From positions 6,059,474 through 6,123,473 of the forward strand of contig NC_057755.1 of the NCBI RefSeq assembly GCF_004010195.1: DNA of 64,000 nt, read 5' to 3'. Origin of the DNA: Chiloscyllium plagiosum. Its lineage: Eukaryota. Below are positions 12,101 to 24,904 of the stretch, one piece after another. Every line of letters starts with the position of its first letter. Positions within the stretch are counted from its first letter, which is position 1. The notes under the pieces were generated by a model. The model did no database searches. It worked only from the letters and a program-made list of their open reading frames with translations, and was not told where the DNA came from. A program made the position numbers and the translations under genes.

Positions 12101-13730
12101 TCTTGACCAGATCAAGTTTGATGAAGCTGATGTGCTGGAAATTGTGGAAAACATTAAAATTGATAAGTCCCCAGGACTAGACCAGATTTATCCTAGGCAG
12201 CTCCGGGAAGCGAGAAAGGAGGTTGCTAAGCCGCTCGCGAGGATATTGGCCTCCTCACTCTCCATGGGTGTGGTACCGGAGGATTGGATGGAGGCGAATG
12301 TGGTTCCTCTTTTCAAAAAGGGTAACAGGGAAAGAATTGGTAACTACAGATCAGTCAGTCTTACGTCTGTGATCAGCAAAGTTTTGGAAAGAATTCTGAG
12401 GGATAGGATTTATGACTATTTGGCAAAGCACAGTGTGATTAAAGGCAGTCAGCACGGCTTTGTGAGGAGCAGGTCATGCCTCACAAATATTATTGAGTTC
12501 TTTGAGGAGGTGTTAAGACAGGTCGACGATGGTAGAGCCGTGAATGTGGTGTATATGGATTTCAGCAAGGCATTTGATCGGGTTCCCCATGGAAGCCTCA
12601 TTCGTAAAGTCAGGAAGTATGGGATACAGGGAGATTTGGCTATCTGGATTCAGAATTGGCTGGCTGTCAGAAGGCAGAGAGTGGTTGTAGATGGGAAGTA
12701 TTCTGCCTGGAAGACAGTGTTGAGTGGGGTCCAGCAGGGTTCTGTACTTGGGTGTCTGCTCTTTGTAGTTTTTATAAATGACTTGGAAGAGGGTTCGAGG
12801 GGTGCGTTAGTAAATTTACAGATGACACAAATGTTGGAGGTGTTGTCGATAGTACAGAGGGCTACTGCAGACTGCAGCGCGACATAGACAGAATGCAGAG
12901 CGGCTGAGAAATGGCAGATGGAGTTCGACCGGGATAAATGCGAATTGACGCATTTTGGAAGGTCGAACTCGAATGCTGAAGGTAGGATTGAAGACAGGAT
13001 TCTTGGCAGCGTGGAGAAACAGAGGGATCTGGGTGTGCAAGTAAATAGATTCCTCAAAGTTGCCACCCAAACGGATAGGGTTCTTTAGAAAGCATATGGT
13101 GTTTAGGTTTTCATTAACGGGGGATAGAGTTTAAGAGCCGTGAGATATTGCTGTAGCTCTACAAGTCGCCGGTGAGGCCACACTTGGAATATTGTGTCCA
13201 GTTCTGGTTGCCTGGTTGCCTACTATAGGAAATATACAGAGGTTTGGAGAGGGTGCAAAGAAGGTTTACCACGATGCTGCCTGGACTGGAGGGCTTCCCT
13301 TATGAAGAAAGGTTGAATAGGCTTGGACTTTACTCTCTGGAGAGAAGGAGGAAGAGAGGAGACGTTATAGAGGTGTCCAAAATAATGAGAGGAATAGATA
13401 GAGTCAATAGCTAGAGACGTTTCCGCAGGGAAGGATTGAAAGTTAGGAGAAGTCATAGAATGAAGATATTGGGAGGAAGGTATAAAGGAGACGTCAGACT
13501 TAGTTTTTTTTTACACAGAGAGTTGTGAATGCATGGAATGTGTTACCAGCGGTGGTGGTGGAAGCAGAGTCATTGGTGACATGTAAGCGACTGCTGGACT
13601 TACACATGGATGGCAGTGAGTTAAGGGAGCATAGATTGTTACTATATTTTACAGTAGAAATAAATCTCGGCACAACATCGTGGGCCAAAGGGCCTGTTCT
13701 GTACTGTACTTTGCTATGTTCAATGTTCTA
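9191..13730 (+). mobile_element. CR1 LINE (APE + RT), 5'-truncated, split by a nested CR1
   Basis: APE motifs (LGVFYRPPN, GDFKFP) at 9191-9923. The reading resumes in frame at 11705 (PLRQV|RGKIKERWMT) and includes RT motifs (QHGF, VYMDFSKAFD) and a tgttcaatgttcta tail. Confidence 0.9.
9924..11702 (+). mobile_element. CR1 LINE nested inside another CR1
   Basis: ORFs 9982-10596 and 10735-11385 give RT motifs (NYRPVTLTS, QHGFVKGRSC, YMDFSKAFD, LEYCVQFWSP). It has its own aatgttctatgttct tail and a possible short TSD, taa. Confidence 0.9.
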
Positions 13731-13960
13731 TAAGCCAGGACTGTAGATTTCAGTCTCCAGACTGTGCCTGATTCTTAAATATACGTTCCTCGCCGAGTCC
13801 TTCTCCTGGTCTTGTGCCACAGCAATCACACTTAGCACTATATGAATTTGGCTGGTCAGAAAGCCGTGATTTCTCACTGGAATAATAAGAAATATGATTT
13901 TAAAACGCCTAAAAATTACATGTATTTATATAGCTCAACATATGGGTGATATGATAGCTA

Positions 13961-14480
13961 TCCTCCCCTATCAGCTTTCCGTAGAGACCACTCCCTCCGC
14001 GACTCCCNNNNNNNNNNNNNNNNNNNNNNNNNNNNNNNNNNNNNNNNNNNNNNNNNNNNNNNNNNNNNNNNNNNNNNNNNNNNNNNNNNNNNNNNNNNNN
14101 NNNNNNNNNNNNNNNNNNNNNNNNNNNNNNNNNNNNNNNNNNNNNNNNNNNNNNNNNNNNNNNNNNNNNNNNNNNNNNNNNNNNNNNNNNNNNNNNNNNN
14201 NNNNNNNNNNNNNNNNNNNNNNNNNNNNNNNNNNNNNNNNNNNNNNNNNNNNNNNNNNNNNNNNNNNNNNNNNNNNNNNNNNNNNNNNNNNNNNNNNNNN
14301 NNNNNNNNNNNNNNNNNNNNNNNNNNNNNNNNNNNNNNNNNNNNNNNNNNNNNNNNNNNNNNNNNNNNNNNNNNNNNNNNNNNNNNNNNNNNNNNNNNNN
14401 NNNCTGACCTGCTGTGCTGTTCCAGCAATAAAGTTTCAACTTTGATCTCCAGCATCTGCAGACCTCACTTTCCCCTCCTA
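13961..14480 (+). mobile_element. 5'-truncated Penelope-like element spanning an assembly gap, 12-bp TSD
   Basis: PPLSAFRRDHSLRDS lies before the N-run (14008-14403) and the PLE tail ctgacctgctgtgctgttccagc follows it. TSD atatgatagcta at 13949-13960 and 14481-14492. Absent from the paralogous site near 6040. Confidence 0.85.
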
Positions 14481-14970
14481 ATATGATAGCTAGACTTGCC
14501 CATGTAGTTCTACGTCAGGCGATTGATTCTGCAACTTGATGACTATTCACAAGCCAAACACTCTCTCTCACACTCATATTTAGACACACACATACAGAGA
14601 CACTTGCATACGCAGTCCCAAACACATACGTACACACATACATTCACCCTAATCCACACACACACACACACACACACTCAGTCAAATACAAAGTAAAATA
14701 CAGAAGTGTACACAGAGACACACGCAAACACTCTTGTAATCATTCACAGACGCAATCACTCTCACACGCATACAATTACACAAACACACAGATACGTATA
14801 CATAAAGCTTCATAAAATAGCTGAGTTCTTCTAACTTTCTGATGAACCTCCACCCAAACCAGATTGAACAATGCCCGCTTCTCATTGGTGTTGTTTACCT
14901 CTGAGAATGAGGTGCATATCTCATTCATTAATTGGAAGCATTTCTACGTGCCTCTGTGATATTTTCAGTT

Positions 14971-17704
14971 TTATTTACGAATCAGTTTATTAATTGATGT
15001 AATTGGTAATTTCACCAACTTTGTTAACTGTTCTCTAAACTTAGACTGAGTCACCCCATAGATAAATGTGTTTGTGCAGCAGTTTAAAACATGAAGCATA
15101 TCGCCAACATTTTCAAAAATATTTTCTGAATCGTGTCGTCTTTGGGATCCATTCGTGTAATATAATATAAAAATCCGATAACATAAATCAGCCACAAAAG
15201 AATGAAACTGCCGGATATTGTGAAGAGTAAAATCAAGATTTACACATCCTCTCCATCTCTGAGTCAATATGACTCATTTTCTTGCTCTGACCCATCAATC
15301 CTTTACGGACACGACCTGCCACTAAAATGTGTCTAACTGTAAGAGCATTGAGCAGCAGAATTAAAACAAATGGAAGAAATTGATTTAAGACTGCATCAAA
15401 CCAATCGAATCCCACCCATCCAGGCTGAATAAAGTACTCTGGCTTGACATCACAGAACCAGTGGACATGTCAATGATCAATCGAGGTTCAAGTATGAAGT
15501 AATTTGGAACATTCTTTAGACAGAGCAGAATGCTGGCTGTCATTAGAATTCCTATGGCAGTTTTCTGAGTACAAAAGTTTGCTTTCAATGTCTGGCAACA
15601 AATGGCCACAAATCTATCAAAGGAGAAAATGACAGTGAACCATACAGAATAGTCAGTGGCTACCCTACTCAGAACATTAATAATACTGCATACTGGAGTA
15701 ATGTCCAGAAAAGAACCTGGGAAATGATAATAACTGATCCGCCACAGAATAATCTCAGTGTAATGAAAAACAGATCTGCTAAAGCCATGGCCATCAGGTA
15801 GAGAGTGGTGCACTTTGAGAGACCACACTGTCCCCAAAAGTGGATCATAATCACCACCAAATTAACTGCCAGACAGAAAGGAAAAATATTATCTGTAACC
15901 TTAATTAGTTCTTTAGCCCAGTGAGTAGGATGCAGTATTTTAGTATCAAATCTCAATCAGAATTTAAAATGTCAAGCTGCTTCAATGTTAACAATTATCA
16001 TTATGTGATCCACAAAACTCTCAATTGAGGACTACGCCATTGATTAATGATGTATAGATGATTACATGGCAATTTTCACATTTAAAAACAATTGGTGTGA
16101 CGGATTTAATTTGTCTGTTTTGGCATTGCATTAACATATGAAGCAGTCTATTTAGACGTTACACGAGACACAAAGAAGTTTAAGGGTAGCTAATAGATTT
16201 GTATACGATTCTGTGGGGCATGGAAAGGCATGAATACGGTGAATTCACCTTAGGTAAGGTGAGTTGACAAAGAATGAAAGGGAATGTGATGGGCTTTTTT
16301 AACATGGAGAGTGGTACACATGTGGCATGAGCTGTGAGCAAAGGTGGTTGATCCAGTACCTTAGAACATTTGAAAGGCATTTGGACAAATACATTGATAG
16401 GAAAAATTAGAAGGACATGGGCCAAGTGTAGGGAAATGGGGTTACTGTGGATGGACATTTGGTCAGCATTGACCACTTTGTGCTGAAAGGCCTGTCTCTG
16501 TACTGTCGGTCTCTAAGATTCCATTACTCTATGATAGGATGGATATAAAGTATCTGTTCCCCTCAGCCGAAGGGTTAATGACCTTACTTTAAAGTGAAAG
16601 GCACGAGATTTTGAGAAGATTCGCAGAAGTTTTTTTTTTCACTCAGAAAGTGGTAGGGTTCTGAAATGTACTCTCTGGAAGGGCAACACTAGCAGAAAAT
16701 CTCATCAGCTTTAAAATGTATCAAGCTGAGCACATCAAATGTCTCAGCATTGAAGGCTATGGACCACGTTCTGGAGAGCTTTTGGTGCATCATTCACTCA
16801 AGAGACTCCTCTCTACCTTATGATTCTATGATTATGATGAATATTGTCAACAATATGTTGTCAGGTGGATCAAGTGTTTCTGTCTGGCGAGCAAGTTACA
16901 ATCTCACTCCAAGCTCTGTTATCTTCAAATTATACAATATCTAACTCTCCGATCTTATACTACAACTGAGCAAAGCAATCAATTGATTCCATTTCATCCA
17001 ATTTACTGAAGATATTACTCATTGCCCTCGGTCAGTTATGTGTTCTCCATTTCCACTGTCTCTCTTAATGAAGTACAGTTGTTTGTCCTCACGGGGGTGT
17101 AACTCACTGAGCAGCAGCTACAGATTGATTAATATTACATATAAGAACACTGAATAATCCAAAGTACAGGTTCTCTCCAGGATACCCAGGTTTTGAGCTG
17201 TGAGTGTGAAACGAAAATCTCACCAAGTGCCTGCACGATTTCCTAAACAATACAATTCCACATTCATAGACATTCCCAAGACAGACAAAAAGGCAGGAAG
17301 GCATTTTGCTTCAGAAATTGAATCTTAATCAGTTGAATTTTACACTGACAAGTACTGAAAGGAAAAAAAAATCCCTCAGAAATTTCTCTGTCCTCAGGAA
17401 CATTTTGCCAGCCCTAGTCATTTCTATAAAAGGTGAAAAATTGTGATCTCAAGGAAAAGGTTCATCTTCATTTACTTCTATGGAATAAAACTTAAATTTC
17501 AGGAGACTTTTAAAAACTAAGCAGTTTTGACTTCAGTAGCTAAACCAGAAGGCCCTCGCATGTAGTTTTGCCATTCAAGTTGAAACATAAACGACAGATC
17601 ATTTCTCAAACATAACTTCATCACATCAATGATTCACCAGGTACACCCGGAACAGCAAGTGTTGCATAATAGATTTTCATGACACGAATAAATGCATCAA
17701 ACAT
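14971..17704 (-). pseudogene. GPR139-like GPCR pseudogene, copy B (exon 1 17704-17638; exon 2 15865-14971)
   Basis: Exon 1 reads MFDAFIRVMKIYYATLAVPGVP with a GT donor. Exon 2 has VNLVVIMI..GQCGLSKCTTLYLMAMALADL, SFDRFVAICC and NCCTNTFIYGVTQSKFREQL. At least three frameshifts (about 15760, 15465, 15240). Confidence 0.9.
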
Positions 17705-19319
17705 GTTTCCATTCAAAGTTACTGTCCCTCAGTGCATTCAGAACTTCTCTGCATCAAATACCGAGTTATGACAATCACCGACACTTTAATTTGTACCAGG
17801 TTTGCACTTCGAGGGAATTCTGAAATTACAAAATCTTCAAATTAAATTTACAAAAGCACAAATTAACGCAGCTACAACTGCAAGTTGACTCGCTGTTGTG
17901 CTAAAGTATATTTAGCATTTGGCGTCACGAATATAATTTGGCTGATCATATTTAGCTCATGCATCAATGTTAATGTTGTTTTTCAGAAAGTGGTGTTTGC
18001 TGAAAAACACAAGCATTTTGCATTCATGCTGTCATAATTTTCTGAAGTTTGTTGTTACCCTTCAGTAGTTAACATCCAAGTATGAGCTCATCTTGCTCAG
18101 GGTTTCTGCCCAGCCCTCTGCGATGTGACTATGCTTGTGAATGTGTGCTTTTTCAATCAACTTATTGATTACATTTAAATAGATAATTGAGTTCCAATAT
18201 GCACCTCGATACCTTATTTTGGCATTGTTCAAATTTAGGATTTGAGATGACCCATTGTGCAACCTGGGTTTGCTTATCATTCTGAATACAATTTTAAACA
18301 GCATTGGGCATGTTGAAATTGAACTTAAAAACGAAAATGGGAGCTCATTGAATTCCCACTCTACTCAGTAACCTTACATCTGACTGAATACTGAGAGGAA
18401 ATCTGACTGACCTGTTCTGCAGGTCCTGAGAGAAACTGCACAAGGGTGAAATATACTTGGCATTGTTTCCATTAATTCTGTGACATGATTCACCAAGTAA
18501 TGATTATTATCTCAGTAAATATGGAAGCAGCTCTATTCCTCTGTATCAATGTCACGACCTCAGCAATGCTTCCTGCTTCTGTAAACCTAACCAGCAGATG
18601 CAACCCGCCCTGATCTGTCAAACACATGCACTCTCAATCTCTGGCTGATTGTTTCTTCTTCACCATTTTCTTCACAATTGGTCCATTCATCATCTATATT
18701 AGTGCACAGAGATGTTCACTCAATAACCTTCATATTATACACAACTGCTCAGTTTTAACTTCTTTTCACTTCACCTGAGGAAGTACTTCGACAGCTTATT
18801 ATTTCAAATAAGCCTATTGGACCATAACCTGTGTCGCAAGATTTCAGACTTCGTTATATTTCAAGGCAGCATTGTGTTCATAATTAACCTTTGTATCTTT
18901 GATTATAATAGTTATTATAAGGTGCTGGAGGAACTCGGTAGATATGGCAGCATCTGTGTAGACAGAAACAAACTGAACATTTCCAGTCTTGCGATGAGCA
19001 TGCAGGTGCTGTAAAACATAGAACCGTCGGAAATAGATGCAGGACTTGGCCATTCCTGCCACCTATGTGGGAAGAGTGCTCATACTGTTGGGGGAGTCCG
19101 AAACTGCGAGGTCACAGTCCGAGAATAAGGGACAAACCATTAAGGACTGAAGGATCATACCCGATCATGCATTCCCAATTTCACATTCACACATTGTCTC
19201 CATACCAGTTGATACTGTGAATGACAATAGCCACGTGCAGCTTTCTCCAGATGAAGGAACTGAGAGCAAAAGCAGAAGTGATTATGTTGCAGCTTTCTCA
19301 AGAGGTGGTGAAGGCACAC

Positions 19320-19850
19320 CTGGAGTAATCCGTGCCGTTTTGATCGCTTTTCTCGAGAAAGGATGTGATGGTACTGGAGAGGGAGCAGGGGTTCACTGGG
19401 TTGATTCCAGAGTTGGAGGGAGTGGTTTGCTTATCAGGAGAGACTGAGTTGACTGGGATTATATTCATTGGAATTTAGGAAAATGAAGCGAGAATCCTAA
19501 AGAAACATGCAAAAGGTTGAAGAGCATAGATAAGATCGAAACAGGCAGGATACATGAACTGGATCCAGAAATATAACCTCAAAATTAGGGGGAAACAGAT
19601 TTAGAACTGAGTTGAGAAGGAACGTCTTCACCCAGAGGGTTGCAAATCTGTGGAATACACTGCCCCGTGAAGTAGTTGAGCTTCCACATTCAATGTTTTC
19701 AGAGTTAAGATGTATAGATTCTTGAACAGTAAAGGATTGAGAGAATACAGTCAGAGGGCAGGTAAGTGGAGCTGAGGCCACAGAAACATCAGCCATAATC
19801 GCATTGAATGGTGTATGTCCGGACACGGTGCTGAACCCTTCTGTTAGTGC
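19320..19850 (+). mobile_element. Old CR1 LINE 3' fragment
   Basis: Degenerate ...FRTELRRNVFTQRVANLWNTLP motif and 3' UTR. Confidence 0.7.
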
Positions 19851-20544
19851 AACCAATACTCAGAAAAGCTCACCACGCCTTTCATCTTTCCTGGATTGTC
19901 AGATGCAAAATGTTTTTGGGTTTCGATTTGATTAGTTCCTGAAGAAATAGGAAGTCATACACGACTTAGAGCCACATCTGCCTCAGTCTGTTTTACCAAT
20001 CAAGTGCAGCTAAACTCCGTCATGACTTTGACTGACATTTACACTTTTGCAGTCGATTGTTCTCTCTGGAACTAGGAAGACCCAAGTTATAGTTTAACCC
20101 CTTGGGAAGTGACGTTGTATTGGTATTTCTGCTGGGCTTGTAATCCAACATTAGTAGTGATTTTGTCTAAAATCGAGAAGGTTTGGGTTCATGATCCAGA
20201 TTGATTAGAAAAAATGCCACCAGTTGCTGATCTCCATTCTGAAAAGCATTTCTCTATTGCCACTCTCTGTCTTCTATAATATTTCGTCAAGTTTATATAC
20301 ATCTTGACTTGCCCATTTCCCTGCTGGTACGTCCTGGTGGCTTTATGATGCAGTGTGAAGACAATGGTATGAGTTCAACTCCCACACAGTGCTGGGTTTT
20401 CAACAAAAGACTCATCTCCCGGCTTCTCCCCTCACCAGTGGCCGAGTGAATCTGAGGAGAAACCACTATGAGCTCTCTCTAACGAGGGGTAAAGCTTTTT
20501 GACCTGCTGAGGCTTTGGCAGCATTAACTTTTATCTGCCAAAGC

Positions 20545-20940
20545 AAACTGTAGCTCGTTTTGGAGGAATTTTACTTTATCTCCTGCCTGGGCATCCTACA
20601 GCCCTGAAGACTAAAAATGGGTTTAGCCAAATTGAAGTAACTTCCCTTCCCATCCCCTAACTCCCTTCCCAGTCCCTCCAGGTCCCTTCTATGGCTCCCT
20701 GCAACCAACTGGATTCATTTCTTACGTTGTCCAACCAGATTGTACCATTTACCTGACTTCAGGGATCCCCACTTCACAACACTGATCACACTGCCCCCTT
20801 TATCTGCAGCTCCTCCTACACCTATTCCCAATCCTGATGTAAGGTTAAACCCAAAAAGTCGACTTCTGCACTTCCTGACTTGCTGCCTGACTTGCTGTGT
20901 TCTTCCAGCATCCTGCCTATCAACTCTGTCGGACACATGT
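20545..20940 (+). mobile_element. Penelope-like element 3' end with degenerate hammerhead motif (20830-20865)
   Basis: Remnant of the C-terminal LG.LQP motif, a pyrimidine-rich UTR, then aatc-ctgatgt-aaggttaaaccc-aaaaagtc-gact and the ctgcctgacttgctgtgttcttccagc tail. Confidence 0.6.
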
Positions 20941-20944
20941 TGAT

Positions 20945-21260
20945 ATCCATGCCCAGTCCAATATGAGCTGAAAGCCTGCAGCAATGGAGAGAAGCAAGGC
21001 AACCTAAAGATGCAGAACAGACGAAGTCCGTCATATTTCTTATCAGCATCTCTGCTCGATTGATACTTCTATGGTTGATATTTCGCATTTTCTTTTCGTT
21101 ACACCTTTGGAAAAGCATGTTAAACAGAGTCTTAAATGATTTTGCAAAGTTTTGGATTCATGTAATGGAATTTGAATTGCTGTCAAATACAATTATTTAT
21201 ACAGCAGCTCAGGCTAAGTTCAGGGAGAAAATTAAGTATAGTTGGAAATCGCTGGTTTAA
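20945..21260 (+). pseudogene. GPR139-like GPCR pseudogene fragment, copy C (ICL3 to C-terminus)
   Basis: LKACSNGEKQGNLKMQNRR, then a frameshift, then SVIFLISISARLILLWL...NTIIYTAAQAKFREKIK, homologous to copies A and B. Confidence 0.8.
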
Positions 21261-24044
21261 TAACTTACACAATTAATGCATAGCATGCATATTTGAGAGT
21301 GTACCGTCTGTGTCACAATGTGTGTAGCCAGTAAATGCCAGATTTATACTTGACCAACGTATGAAATGCATTGCAGTCAAAGTTTACCCGGCATTGCGAA
21401 TAGATATTATTGGGCTGCAAGGAAATTGAGGGCATTTCGTTCCGCTCAGGATGATATACATTCGAAATATTCACTCCTGCGCAAGTGAAAATTACATCTT
21501 TTCAGATGAGCTTCGAATGAATGTCAAAGAAAATCACAAATGATAAAAAAACCTCAGTAGTCAATTGATTAGAAATAATCTAAAATATATTTGCAGTGAC
21601 GCTGATCCCTGCCTCTGAAATGGTTTATTTCTATTCGATGGCCTTGAGCATTATTGCAACACTATTTTTGAAGTGATACCAGTTATCCATCATCCTTTAC
21701 TTCGGTCTATCACCAATAAATCACAAATCCAGCTCGCTGGGACATTATTGCTTTCCATTGCCAGCTCTGCCTGCACTGTATTCAAGATTATTTATCTGTC
21801 TGGCATATTCATCCTGCTCTCCATTGCCCTGATTGGACAGGTGTTCGCCTATCCACCATTTGTTTGGAGAAGCTTTGTGAGTCAATTAAAGAAATATCCT
21901 CTTTCACCCACACCTGGGCGTGGAAATAGTATCATGCTCACTTCTTGAGAATGTAAATTAAATAGGCTGTCATAATTCATATCATTTTCGGCAAACTTTT
22001 CAAGATAAAAATGCAAGAAATTCCAAGAGTATTGAACAACCAAAAATATTTCACAGTACAACTAATAACAAAGTGCAGTTAATATGGAATATCAAAAAGT
22101 GCAAATATCATCTTGCAAAAGTAAGAAATGCGTTTTGAGTGTTTAGTTGGATTGAGTCCATCTCCAACCTTTGTCCAGTTTTCATTTGTAACTGGACAGA
22201 ACTGAACTTAATCAGTAATTATGCGTCTACGTAAAGATGTTTTATTAATAAAATACATTTTCGAAATAAAGCAAATAAGTACAGTATATAAATATGGAAG
22301 ACACAATAATTTCCTTTCTTGTCACTTAATTGATGGTGTCGTCTTCACTCTTGCTTCTATTTTCGTCATAGGCTGTTATTCTGGCAATTTGAAAACAGCT
22401 CTCATAATGTTGTACTGTCAATGGCATCATTAAAGTTCAATGGACGTTTTTTTTAAAAAAAATATCACGCTGGGCCGAATGTCCTCATTCTAATTTGTAG
22501 CAATTTTGTGATTCTGTGCATTAAGTGACTGTATTCGTTGAACTGATTATTCACAGTTGCCGGTGGCAGATTTACTTCAGAGAAAACGAAAATGGTCTGA
22601 CGAATGTCCACACAACATGACAATGTAAAGCATAAATGCTCTCATTCATAGAAGAATCTGGGAACATCGATAGTTGCATCGTTGAATCTGTGATGATGGA
22701 ATTGATACTGTGAGATTAGTTTCAATGTGTGTTTTTTTTTCTATTTTAACATTGATCGAAATGGTGCCAGGGCTGAACGCCAAGTCGAAATGAAACGAAC
22801 GGTAATTATGTCAAGTTCATACTCTGCTTGCTGTCATTTAAAAAAAATAATGTGGAGAACATAATGTCGACCAATGTTGCAAGTGCAATACTATCAATAT
22901 AATCCCACATTGGTGTCAAGTAAGTGGCTCTGCGATTTGATCAACACAGAACTGAAAATGGAACCCTTACTTGCACAGAGACGGGAGACATTATTGATTC
23001 TGGAAGGGCCTTTCGTGTGCAGGATGTCCAGAAATTCTGCTACATGATCCTTCCTGCCTTTGGTCTGCCTTGCAAATGAAAAGACACATTTCACCACATT
23101 AAAATTTTAAATCATGCCTGATAATTATACATGGTGATCACTTCATGCAGTCACTTACTTGTTCAAATGTCTAGTTTTGACTTCGAACTATTGTTCCTCC
23201 TCTTAGATGATAATAAACCGCTGTATGTTAATCACAAACGTTCCAATATTGATTTGCTGCCTTCAGTGCAATGTCCTGTAGTGTTCAAATGGACAACAAC
23301 TAATGTAAAATTACTGAGGCACGACATTACGGGGAGTATATTCATATCGATCTGCAAAACCCATGCCACAATGATGTTAGGAGATTTTATCACGCTGTTC
23401 TTGTTTTTTGTCAATATCTATCAGGGTATAATCGCTCTGAGTACAATACATTAAATGTCACTCAATAAAATATTATTAAAATTTTGAAATTGCATTTTTT
23501 CTGATGTGCCTTTATGTTCAATTGGGCATCTTTGACTTTATTTTATAAATTATAATACAACAGGGGATTCATGTAATTGCAACATTTTTCAGTGAGTTTA
23601 AAGTAATCAACTTCAAGTCAATCCCAAGAACTAATCGCAAACAATTGACAATGCACAAGCAAAGTTCAATAGAGATCATTGAATTAAATTAGGATCTCGT
23701 CAAAAGTGCAGCTATTCTCAATAGGAAACAACTGTTTGGTCACAGTCAGACTCATTGTATTTCACGCACCTTTAGAGTTTCTGTGTGAGCATGGGATAAA
23801 CGTAATGATGAGACGAGGTAACATCACGGTGAGACGAGGTCACCTAAAAGTGAATCCGAGTTGCAAATGGTCTATGGAAAAAAGCAATAATAGTGAGTTC
23901 AGTAGGAATGCATCTGAAATATCGCCAAATATTTCCCAAGAAATTATAATAGGAAATACGTTTGCAATTCTTAAGAAATATGTTTTTTAATCAATTCTGA
24001 AATAGTCTCGCTATGGTTCTGTAAAGTTCAAAAACCCTGGTAAC

Positions 24045-24190
24045 TAATCGCCATCTTTCTACAGTGAACAACAACTGGCAGCTCCTTACCATTTTCGAAA
24101 GGGTACACACTCTGGCAGCTCATTGCCATCGTTCTACAGTGACCGAGCCCTGGCAGCTCATTGCCATAGCTCTTGAGGGTACAGAACATG
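24045..24190. repeat. Short tandem repeat (about 37-bp unit, about 75-bp dimer)
   Basis: ctggcagctc(a/c)tt(g/a)ccat occurs three times; ttctacagtga and gggtaca each occur twice. Confidence 0.7.
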
Positions 24191-24904
24191 GAAGAAAGCT
24201 GCTTCATTTTTCAAGTGCCTTCATTTATCACTTCAACATTGTGGTTTTCGCTGATGGTTGTGATACGTTCTTCCATTTATTAACAACACGTACATATAGT
24301 ACCGTTTGGACATAGTTATTTGTGACTTTCTTTTAACAAAAAGGAAGTAAAATGTTTGAACGAGAGCACATAAACTACCACAAAGTATCAATTGAATGCC
24401 AATGAAGAGCACTGCAGAATCAATCAGGAATGTATTAACGTCTGTAATGGTGGAGTAAACAAAAAAAAATGTTCTGTAACTTTAATTTTGTTTTCATTTT
24501 GTCGGAGTTGTGCAGTCTTCTCTCTGCATAATGTGTAATTTCAGACGAATGGAATACATCGCAGCACCATGAACGGTTTACTTTTGCATTCAATGAGAAA
24601 CATGACGTGGACATCACGTACCTGTTCTGCAATGCAAAAGCGAATTAATATTTCATATTTCCTGAAGATTAACAGCCTGGGGCTCACCATTGGCCAAACA
24701 CTGCTGTAAGCACAATATAACCAATGACATTTGACATGATATAAATGAATGGTGCTGCACTTTTATCGTCACAAAAGAAAAGACAAAGAGATTAATCACA
24801 GTACAACGCGAAATACATGAACGTAGAAATGTCTTTGCAAATGTATGACCTTAAAAAAAGTGTACTACATGACCCTTGCTGTGGTTGGCCTGCTTGGTAA
24901 GTGA

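Larger units (their letters stand above)
13731..17830. repeat. Tandem segmental duplication, unit B
   Basis: Colinear with 5821-9190 and carries extra insertions (a PLE at 13961-14480 and a CR1 tail at about 16320-16530). Confidence 0.9.

Noticed and set aside
9982..12887. Active reverse transcriptase or a prokaryotic RT system (retron, DGR)
   Set aside because: The motifs are CR1 ORF2, broken by stops and frameshifts, with typical CR1 tails.
13894..14455. Long ORFs of 165-183 aa
   Set aside because: They are artefacts of the N-run.
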